Virus record (IMG/VR): IMGVR_UViG_3300048861_000006
Location: 1-51,962 of that record
Direction: 5' to 3' (one strand)
DNA: 51,962 bases
Origin: a virus
Taxonomy: Duplodnaviria > Caudoviricetes
A program made the position numbers and the translations under genes. Below are positions 6,685 through 14,258 of this stretch, piece after piece. Each line of letters opens with the position of its first letter. Position 1 is the first letter of the stretch. A model generated the notes under the pieces. It saw only the letters and a program-made list of their open reading frames with translations, was not told the DNA's origin and did not search any database.

Positions 6685-8055
6685 ATGTGCGGCATCGTAG
6701 GTATGGCAGGTGAGTTGGATGGAAAGACAGACAAAGCACTAAAGCACATGTTGATTTTTGACAGTGTTCGTGGGGAAGACTCCACAGGTGTTGCTAGTGT
6801 AGGTCGTCACAATGACGATGTGATGGTTGCAAAGCAATTGGGTAATCCTTTTGAATTGTTCGAACATCGTCTGTATCCGAAGACAATCGCCAATCGTCAG
6901 AATCGTGTAGTGATTGGTCACAATCGTTACGCTACATCGGGGGGTGTTAGCCGCGCGACAGCCCATCCGTTTGAGTTTGAAACGTTGGTTGGTGTGCATA
7001 ACGGCACGCTCCACAACAAGCATGTGTTGGACAACTCCGGTGACTTCAAGGTGGACAGTGAAAACCTGTATCACCATATCGAACGTAATGGTTTGGATGC
7101 TGCAATCAAAATCATTCGGGGAGCATGGGCGTTGGTGTGGTGGGACAAGGAAGAAGATACGCTTAACTTCCTGCGTAACAAGGAACGCACTCTGTATTAC
7201 ACGGTGAATGAAGCAGGTAACCAATTGTTTTGGGCTTCTGAAGCTTGGATTCTGGATATTGCTCTTGGCCGTAACGATATCAAGCACAAGGATATCGTTC
7301 TCTTTGAAGAAGACATGTTGCACTCAGTTCCCATCCCCCGAGGTGGGAAGCTGGGAAAGCCGGTGCTACGAAAAATCGTAAACGATCCCGCTCCAGTGGT
7401 CGTTCACACAGTAGGAAGGGTTTACGACAATCGCAACAATTTTCAGCAGGGGGCGACTACGGCTGGTACTTCTAGTACGTCCCCTTCTACGAATGTGGTG
7501 AAGCTTGAAAAGCCAGCCAATGTACCAGTGGATAGCAGAAGCAAAGTGGATGCGGAGTTTATGCGTTCAAAAAAGCTTTTGATGGAAGCCGTAGTGGTGG
7601 TGAAGGAGCAGAGTGGAGCAGAGTACGTGCTTTGCTTCTGTCCTGATAAGCCGTTCTACGAAGTGCGCTTGTATGTTCATGGCAAGCATGCTGTTCAGCA
7701 AGACATTGGCTGTGAATTCGAAGGCGACATTAGCGGATTCGTTCAGACAGCAAGTGAAGGTGTTGGCTATTACAAGGTTAGTCCTCACGGTATCGTCATT
7801 ACGGCTACTGCCGATGCGAATGCAGTGCATGCAGTTGGTACGGCTGGTGAGTATCTGACACATGACGGTAAGTATTTGGGCAAGGCTGCTTGGGAAAAGG
7901 AATACGGACAATGCGCATTCTGTTCAGACAACATCGAAGCTGATGACATGTTGGACAAGGGTGCTCGATTGTCAAAGAGTGGTGACGCATTCTGTGGTGG
8001 TTGTATGAAAGACGATGAAATTAAGCAGTACGTAAATATTGTGGAAGCCAACTAA
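6685..8055 (+). CDS. Class II (Ntn) glutamine amidotransferase with C-terminal CxxC...CxxC zinc-finger-like domain
   Basis: N-terminal MCGIVG, RGEDSTG, GHNRYAT, AHPF, HNGT, VDSE; CAFC...CGGC at the C-terminus. Confidence 0.92.
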   Translation: MCGIVGMAGELDGKTDKALKHMLIFDSVRGEDSTGVASVGRHNDDVMVAKQLGNPFELFEHRLYPKTIANRQNRVVIGHNRYATSGGVSRATAHPFEFETLVGVHNGTLHNKHVLDNSGDFKVDSENLYHHIERNGLDAAIKIIRGAWALVWWDKEEDTLNFLRNKERTLYYTVNEAGNQLFWASEAWILDIALGRNDIKHKDIVLFEEDMLHSVPIPRGGKLGKPVLRKIVNDPAPVVVHTVGRVYDNRNNFQQGATTAGTSSTSPSTNVVKLEKPANVPVDSRSKVDAEFMRSKKLLMEAVVVVKEQSGAEYVLCFCPDKPFYEVRLYVHGKHAVQQDIGCEFEGDISGFVQTASEGVGYYKVSPHGIVITATADANAVHAVGTAGEYLTHDGKYLGKAAWEKEYGQCAFCSDNIEADDMLDKGARLSKSGDAFCGGCMKDDEIKQYVNIVEAN

Positions 8056-8068
8056 CAAGGAGTAGTAC

Positions 8069-8857
8069 ATGAGCAAGATTCTCGTAGGCTGTGACCCGGA
8101 AGTTTTTGTGAAGAAAGACGGTGTGTTTAAAAGCGCACATGGACTGATTAAAGGGGACAAGCGATCCCCTCAGAAAATCAATCGTGGTGCTGTTCAAGTG
8201 GACGGCATGGCTCTTGAATTCAACATTGACCCTGCGGCAAGCGAGGATGAGTTCTGCATTAACGTGCAGGAAGTGTTTGCGGCAATGTGTGCAATGGTTC
8301 CGGGTTACGAAGTTGTAGCAACTCCAGTAGCTACCTTCGATCCTGCATACATGAAAGCCCAACCGGAGGAAGCCCTTGAACTTGGATGTGATCCTGATTA
8401 CAACGCTTGGAATGGCATGGCTAACCCACGTCCCGATGGCAACCGTGACTTCCGTACTGCTTCAGGGCATGTGCATATTGGCTGGACTTCTGGCGCTGAT
8501 GTGGGTAGTGGGATTCATCTTGCTCAAGCTAATGCGGCAGTGAAGCAGATGGACTTCTATCTTGGCCTCCCATCCCTGCTGTATGACTTTGACACCAAGC
8601 GTCGTGAAATGTATGGGAAGGCTGGTGCTTGTCGTTACAAGAGCTACGGAGTTGAGTATCGGACGCTTAGTAATGCTTGGCTTCAAAGTGAGAAGTTGAT
8701 GCGTTGGGTTTTCCGTGCTGTTCAGAAGGGCATGGATGATCTGATGAACGGTAAGGAACTCGTCAAGACGTTTGGGGATGTACAAGAAATCATCAACACG
8801 TCGAACATCACGGAAGCGAAAGCTATCATCAAACATGCAAAACTGGAGATTGCGTAA
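8069..8857 (+). CDS. phiEco32-like COOH-NH2 ligase type 2
   Basis: GCDPE, QVDGMALEFN, ELGCDPD, SGHVHIG, RREMYGKAG, YGVEYRTLSN. Confidence 0.9.
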   Translation: MSKILVGCDPEVFVKKDGVFKSAHGLIKGDKRSPQKINRGAVQVDGMALEFNIDPAASEDEFCINVQEVFAAMCAMVPGYEVVATPVATFDPAYMKAQPEEALELGCDPDYNAWNGMANPRPDGNRDFRTASGHVHIGWTSGADVGSGIHLAQANAAVKQMDFYLGLPSLLYDFDTKRREMYGKAGACRYKSYGVEYRTLSNAWLQSEKLMRWVFRAVQKGMDDLMNGKELVKTFGDVQEIINTSNITEAKAIIKHAKLEIA

Positions 8858-9451
8858 ATGCCGCATGAAATGAGTATCGGAGACATTGATCAGAAGTTCT
8901 GTGGCTCTGTTGTGATGTTTCAGAAGAAGCCTGTGTTGTTCAAGAAAGTGTCTGGAGACTACAGTGTACGTATCTTCGATTTGATGGCACAGAAGGAAGA
9001 ACAGGTGGAGTTTGATATGAAGCAATTCCTTCCTCCCCCTTCTCGTGTTGGCTTCGTCAACATCAACGGTAGTGTTGTCTACGCTGTGCGTAATGCCATT
9101 CGTCGTTACAAGCTTGGACTCTCTCGTGAGAACTTCAGCGTTCAAACGTTGGAGGTTCCGTATCCTGATGGCCGTTCTGACGGGTATGTACGGCTCGTGC
9201 AGGGCTTGGAACGTCGTGAGCTTGGGGAGGCACTACTGAGCAAGTATCCGACTCTCCAACAGGCTGTACGCCGTGTTAGTCAGTTTGAGGGAGCATGCGC
9301 ATTCGATAAGCAATTCGCTATCGATCATACACACGCTGTCTTTTACAAGACTAAGCGAGTGGGGCAGTTGATTAGTGGCGTCATCAAGTTTGATGAAGGC
9401 AACGAACATCTTCAAATTCTTCTGAACAAGGGCTATGAAAAAAGTAATTGA
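8858..9451 (+). CDS. Hypothetical protein of the ligase cluster
   Basis: 197-aa ORF abutting both neighbours. Confidence 0.8.
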   Translation: MPHEMSIGDIDQKFCGSVVMFQKKPVLFKKVSGDYSVRIFDLMAQKEEQVEFDMKQFLPPPSRVGFVNINGSVVYAVRNAIRRYKLGLSRENFSVQTLEVPYPDGRSDGYVRLVQGLERRELGEALLSKYPTLQQAVRRVSQFEGACAFDKQFAIDHTHAVFYKTKRVGQLISGVIKFDEGNEHLQILLNKGYEKSN

Positions 9452-10448
9452 ATTGCTGGGCACCAAGAGCCAACGTGGTGACATCGGTATTGAAATCGAA
9501 TGTGAAGGGCAAGGAATGATTGCGCTAGACGAAGCTGTTTGGCGCAGTGAGAACGATGGGAGCTTGCGAGGGGAATACCCCGACACTCGATGTGAGTACA
9601 TCTTGGCTAAACCGCTCAAGATTGACGCAGTTCCTGTTGCTCTCAATGAACTCTCCAACCGTCTGAAAGAGGTTGGGGCAGTCTTGGCATTTAGCCATCG
9701 TTGTAGCGTACACGTTCATGTGAATGTACAGCAGCTTGAGTATCAACAGCTTCTTGCATTCATGTATGCCTACTACCTGCTTGAAGAACCGTTCATGACC
9801 TTCTGTGGCAAGGCACGTAAGGGCAATAACTTCTGCCTTCGCTTGCAGGATGCTGAAGGTGTGTTGGACGTGGTTAATGCAATGTTTAGCCAAGGCGAAG
9901 AAGGTATTCATCTTATCCGTCCTGATGCACAGCGCTATGCCGCTATGAACTTCGAAGCTCTGCGTAAGTATGGCAGTGTGGAGTTTCGAGGGATGGAAGG
10001 CAACATGGATATTAAGCGCATCACTACTTGGTGTAATGCCCTGATTCGTATGCGTCAGTTTGCAGTGAAGATGGACACTCCCACTGCTGTGTACGAACTG
10101 TTCATGCAAAAGGGTCCGGTTGATTTCGTGGCAGAAGTGTTGGGGGATATCGCTGACAGCTTCCATTACCTGCGTCTGGTGAAAGATGTTCAGAAGTCCT
10201 TCTCACTCAGTCTTGATCTTCCCTTCAAGTTTGCTGAATTGATTAGCAAACCGAAAGAGGTAGAAGGGGAATACAAGCTCGGCCAGTTGGTGACATATGC
10301 TGTAGCTGTGAAGCTCGCTAAGAAGAACTATCAATTCGACTATGCGCCAGATGGCATGTACAAGATTGTGAAGCTTCCTGAGAAACCCAAGATGCCTAAG
10401 CAAGCATACGCAGCAATTCAATTCGAAAACGCAGCACAGGAGTGGTAA
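9435..10448 (+). CDS. Putative amidoligase (glutamate-cysteine ligase/GS-fold)
   Basis: GIEIE, DGSLRG, CSVHVHVN, RYAAMN, GSVEFRGMEG motifs. Confidence 0.88.
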   Translation: MKKVIELLGTKSQRGDIGIEIECEGQGMIALDEAVWRSENDGSLRGEYPDTRCEYILAKPLKIDAVPVALNELSNRLKEVGAVLAFSHRCSVHVHVNVQQLEYQQLLAFMYAYYLLEEPFMTFCGKARKGNNFCLRLQDAEGVLDVVNAMFSQGEEGIHLIRPDAQRYAAMNFEALRKYGSVEFRGMEGNMDIKRITTWCNALIRMRQFAVKMDTPTAVYELFMQKGPVDFVAEVLGDIADSFHYLRLVKDVQKSFSLSLDLPFKFAELISKPKEVEGEYKLGQLVTYAVAVKLAKKNYQFDYAPDGMYKIVKLPEKPKMPKQAYAAIQFENAAQEW

Positions 10449-11203
10449 TGAAAATCTATCCGTATATGAATGGCAGTAAGTCCGCTAAGGCTCTGGCTGA
10501 AGGGTTGGGTATCCGAGTACTCAAACGTGAAGGCAAGCCCGTACGGGGCCATCTGGTGATTAACTGGGGCTGTTCTGTAAAGAGTGTAGTCCGTGAAGTC
10601 GGACAGAAATTCTTGAATCATCCCGGTGCTGTAGGCAATGCAGCCAACAAGCTTGTTACGTTCGAATTGTTTCGTGATGCAGAAGTTCCTACGGTTGAGT
10701 GGACTACTAATTTAGAGATTGCACTTGGTTGGTTGAAAGCAGGAAGCGATGTGGTGACTCGTCACAAACTTTCTGGACACAGCGGAGAGGGTATCGAAAT
10801 CACCACAGCAGAGCAGTTTGCTAAGGGTGAAGTGGGGCTTGTTCGTGCCCCGCTCTACACCAAGTACACGAAGAAGAAGGATGAGTACCGGATTCATGTA
10901 TTTCAAGGTGAAGTGATTTTCCAACAACGTAAAGCACGCAAGAAGGATGTTCCTGATGACCAAGTTAATTGGCAAGTACGTAATCTGGCGGGCGGTTTCA
11001 TCTTTGCGAATGATGCTGTCGTTGCTCCTGATGTTGTGTTGGATGCCGCAAAGAAAGCTGTTGTGGCTTTGGGACTTGATTTTGGTGCCGTGGACGTGGG
11101 CTACAAAGATGGAGCAGCGGTTTGCTATGAAGTGAACACGGCAATGGGCCTGAGCGGTCGCAACCTTGAAAGCTACGTAGCGAAGTTTAAAGAGTTCATG
11201 TAA
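10448..11203 (+). CDS. ATP-grasp ligase 2
   Basis: INWG, ANKL, GHSGEGI, EYRIHV, LGLDFGAVDV, YEVNTA; ATG 10448 after AGGAG. Confidence 0.9.
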   Translation: MKIYPYMNGSKSAKALAEGLGIRVLKREGKPVRGHLVINWGCSVKSVVREVGQKFLNHPGAVGNAANKLVTFELFRDAEVPTVEWTTNLEIALGWLKAGSDVVTRHKLSGHSGEGIEITTAEQFAKGEVGLVRAPLYTKYTKKKDEYRIHVFQGEVIFQQRKARKKDVPDDQVNWQVRNLAGGFIFANDAVVAPDVVLDAAKKAVVALGLDFGAVDVGYKDGAAVCYEVNTAMGLSGRNLESYVAKFKEFM

Positions 11204-11228
11204 TAAGTACTAGTCCTTTTAGGTAAAT
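11200..11228 (+). promoter_or_regulatory. Candidate phage-sigma promoter GTAA-N16-TAGGTAAAT
   Basis: Same motif and spacing as three late-operon sites; upstream of the HNH gene. Confidence 0.55.
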
Positions 11229-11253
11229 GTAGTAAATACTTGAAAGGATTAAC

Positions 11254-11775
11254 ATGAAAAGATGCTCTACGTGTCAAGAAGAAAAACCGTTCGAAGAATT
11301 TCATAAGTGGAAAAATGGTAAAGATGGCTGCACTAATCAGTGCAAGGTTTGCAAGAAAGCCTACTACTATAAGGACCACGAAGGGATGAAGGAGAAGCTG
11401 CGGGCAAGGTACGCAGCCGATCCAAACAAAGTAATAGAAGCCCAACGAACGTCCTACTCCACGGTGGATGGCAGGAAAAGGAAGATTCTTATTAAAGCGA
11501 AAGAGGGTGCGAAGAAACGCGGTCTTGAGTTCAGTATTGGTTTAGAAGATATCGTAATACCTGCACATTGTCCGTACCTTGGTGTGGAGCTAACGCATGA
11601 TCTAGGCAAGGGGCAACTGCCAACCAATTCTTCAATTGATCGTATTGATTCCACTAAGGGGTATGTCAAAGGGAATGTTCAAATCATTTCTAGATTGGCT
11701 AACACTATGAAGAACAATGCGACAGATGAACAGTTAAAAACATTCGCTGTCAATATTTTGAAAATCCACCGGTAA
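11254..11775 (+). CDS. Free-standing HNH-like (His-Me finger) endonuclease with N-terminal zinc ribbon
   Basis: KRCSTC...CKVC, HCPYLG, SIDRIDSTKGYVKGNVQIISRLAN. Confidence 0.85.
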   Translation: MKRCSTCQEEKPFEEFHKWKNGKDGCTNQCKVCKKAYYYKDHEGMKEKLRARYAADPNKVIEAQRTSYSTVDGRKRKILIKAKEGAKKRGLEFSIGLEDIVIPAHCPYLGVELTHDLGKGQLPTNSSIDRIDSTKGYVKGNVQIISRLANTMKNNATDEQLKTFAVNILKIHR

Positions 11776-11777
11776 AT
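11749..11777 (+). promoter_or_regulatory. Candidate phage-sigma promoter variant GTCA-N16-CCGGTAAAT
   Basis: One mismatch in the upstream element, identical spacing; upstream of the replication genes. Confidence 0.4.
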
Positions 11778-11787
11778 AGGTTCTCAG

Positions 11788-11994
11788 ATGAACATTAAGA
11801 TTGCTTTGCAAGTGGCTGGTGTTCTGGAAGATGAAGGTGTTGTTTCCACTGTAGCACTTGCACTTCGGACACTGGCTAAGGAATACCAAGTTGTGAAGGC
11901 TGAACTTGATGCTTTGGAATATGAACGTACGAGACACATTCCGGCACTTTTAAAGGAGGGCTTTGTTGAGCGGCGTATGCATCGAAAAGATTAA
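11788..11994 (+). CDS. Hypothetical protein, 68 aa
   Basis: ORF filling the gap before primase; coiled-coil-like. Confidence 0.65.
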   Translation: MNIKIALQVAGVLEDEGVVSTVALALRTLAKEYQVVKAELDALEYERTRHIPALLKEGFVERRMHRKD

Positions 11995-13627
11995 ACATGA
12001 TGTTCCTAAGTGCGGGGCACATGCGCTTCAGGTGTTCATGGCAGAAGATGGAACGTATAACGGCTTTTGCTACTCGTGTGGCACATATGTAGCGTCGCCA
12101 TATAACGACAAGCCGAAGGATTACAAACCTGTAGCAATTCGAAAGACGCAAGAGCAGATTGATAAAGAGCTTGCTGACATTCACGACTACCTCACAGTAG
12201 CACTTCCTGAACGCAAGCTTAGGAAAGAATCTCTCGAATACTTCGGCATCAAAATTGGCGTCAGTGAGGCTGATGGCACCACACCAGTCTCCCACTATTA
12301 CCCGTACTATTTGGACGGCGTGTTGGTGGGTTACAAGGCTCGTGTGATTGAGAACAAACAGATGTGGAGCATTGGAGATTGTAAAGATGTTGATTTGTTT
12401 GGATGGAACGAAGCTGTTGCAGCAGGTGGCAAGACAATCTATGTCACAGAAGGTGAATGTGATGCAGTTGCCCTATATCAAATCTTCAAGGATAAAGCCC
12501 GAGGTGGTCAATATGCCGATCTCAATCCCGCTGTTGTGTCCGTCCCGCATGGAGCAGCAGCAGCCGCTAAAGACCTTACTAAACTAAAGGCGAAGATTGA
12601 TCGTGTCTTTAAGGAAGTGGTGTTCGTATTCGATACGGACAAGGCTGGGGAAGAAGCTGTTGAGAAGTGCATGGTTGTCTTTCCAAATGCTAAGAGCGCT
12701 GTTCTCCCCGGCAAGGATGTAAATGACTGTCTCATTAAAGGGAAAGGCATTGCGGCATTCAATGCAATTAGGTTCAACGCCACCAAGCCGAAGAATACAA
12801 GGCTCGTCTTTGGGGCCAGTCTTCACGAGACGGCGAAAGAACCGGCTGTGTATGGCGTATCGTGGCCTTGGAAGCACATCACTGAGGCGACGCGTGGTAT
12901 TCGTTTGGGCGAGACCATTTACATTGGTGCCGGTCAAAAGCAAGGTAAATCGGAAGTGGTCAATTCCCTCGCTTCCCATTTCATTAAGGAGCACGGATGG
13001 AAAGTCTTTCTGTGCAAACCTGAAGAATCGAATAACAAGACATACAAGCTTGTCGCCGGAAAGATGGTTGGGAAAATCTTCCACGATCCGAACGTAGCCT
13101 TCGATGAAGTTGCGTTTGATAAGGCAGGAGAGCAGATAGGCGACAACCTGTTTATGCTCAACCTATACCAGCACGTAGGCTTCGAAACTCTAAAGGACGA
13201 TATCAAAGCAGCAGTGAATGAAGGCTGCAAAGCTATCATCATTGATCCAATCACCAACTTCACTAATGGCATGAGTGCAGCAGATGCAAACGTCAAGCTA
13301 CAAGAGATTGCTCAAGAATTGGCTGCAATGGCACTTGATCTCAACATCGTCATTTTCATCTTCTGCCACCTTCGAAACCCGGATTCTGGACCGCCGCATG
13401 AACGTGGTGGTGAAGTCCTCTCGTCTCAGTTTGCTGGAAGCCGAGCAATGGCTCGCTCATGCAATCTCATGCTTGGGCTTGAAGGGAATCGTGATCCGAA
13501 CCTCAGTCCTGAGGAGCGGAATGTTAGAACACTGGTGTTGTTGGAGGATCGAGAATTCGGGAATACTGGAAGATATGGATTGTATTGGGATAAAGCAACC
13601 AGTTTGTTCAACGAAATTCACGGATAA
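11963..13627 (+). CDS. T7 gp4-like DNA primase-helicase
   Basis: N-terminal Cys zinc motif, TOPRIM (VTEGECD, FDTD, KDVND), Walker A GAGQKQGKS, IIIDP. Confidence 0.93.
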   Translation: MLSGVCIEKIKHDVPKCGAHALQVFMAEDGTYNGFCYSCGTYVASPYNDKPKDYKPVAIRKTQEQIDKELADIHDYLTVALPERKLRKESLEYFGIKIGVSEADGTTPVSHYYPYYLDGVLVGYKARVIENKQMWSIGDCKDVDLFGWNEAVAAGGKTIYVTEGECDAVALYQIFKDKARGGQYADLNPAVVSVPHGAAAAAKDLTKLKAKIDRVFKEVVFVFDTDKAGEEAVEKCMVVFPNAKSAVLPGKDVNDCLIKGKGIAAFNAIRFNATKPKNTRLVFGASLHETAKEPAVYGVSWPWKHITEATRGIRLGETIYIGAGQKQGKSEVVNSLASHFIKEHGWKVFLCKPEESNNKTYKLVAGKMVGKIFHDPNVAFDEVAFDKAGEQIGDNLFMLNLYQHVGFETLKDDIKAAVNEGCKAIIIDPITNFTNGMSAADANVKLQEIAQELAAMALDLNIVIFIFCHLRNPDSGPPHERGGEVLSSQFAGSRAMARSCNLMLGLEGNRDPNLSPEERNVRTLVLLEDREFGNTGRYGLYWDKATSLFNEIHG

Positions 13628-13630
13628 GAA

Positions 13631-13792
13631 ATGAGCCACACATATCGAATCAACCCTGAGACGCACGAAGAAGAGGTTGAGCGTCGTTATCTGAAACGTA
13701 AGAAGAAGATTGAATACGACAACCGTGTTGAGCGTCGTAAGACTTTGGATCAAGAGTTCCTTGAAGTGGAGGAAGATGACGACAGTAATTGA
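13631..13792 (+). CDS. Small charged protein, 53 aa
   Basis: Read manually (MSHTYRINPETHEEEVERR...); fills the gap between helicase and sigma. Confidence 0.6.
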   Translation: MSHTYRINPETHEEEVERRYLKRKKKIEYDNRVERRKTLDQEFLEVEEDDDSN

Positions 13793-14258
13793 GGATTTCT
13801 ATGCAAAGAATTTTAACAATCTTGTCAAGAAGCTCACTTTCAGGGCAGGAACAACATGGGATGCTGAAGATGCCATTCACGATGCGTTTGAGCGAGCAAT
13901 TAAGTATTTTGCTTCCTTCGATCCAAACAAATCTTCCTTTCCTCTGTGGTTTAATCGCATCCTTGTCAACTCGATAAAGGATCATTACAACCGAAATCAA
14001 GGGAGAGGGGATGTTGAGTTTGAGGAGGACATGGTTGATGGCGTACCTTGTGGCCATTATGCGGACAAGGTTGTTGATGAAATCCGGGTTCGTATCCAGA
14101 CCCGTAAGCCCCACATTGCCGAAATCCTGTCTCTATTCTTCGAGAAGGGATATGGAGCAAAGGACATTTCACGCATGGTTGAAAGCTCCCATATTGCAGT
14201 TAATCAAACCATCTTCCGCTTTCGTGAAGAACTGAAAAAGGATTACCGTAGCGAGTGA
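13776..14258 (+). CDS. ECF-type RNA polymerase sigma factor
   Basis: Region 2 DAEDAIHDAF...FPLWFNRILVN and region 4 HTH (GYGAKDISRM...VNQTIFRFREELKK); SD GGAGG before ATG 13776. Confidence 0.88.
   Translation: MTTVIEDFYAKNFNNLVKKLTFRAGTTWDAEDAIHDAFERAIKYFASFDPNKSSFPLWFNRILVNSIKDHYNRNQGRGDVEFEEDMVDGVPCGHYADKVVDEIRVRIQTRKPHIAEILSLFFEKGYGAKDISRMVESSHIAVNQTIFRFREELKKDYRSE

Noticed and set aside
3397-13240. Coding-region copies of GCTATCATC as regulatory sites
   Set aside because: They encode in-frame Ala-Ile-Ile with common codons, so they are not counted as independent evidence
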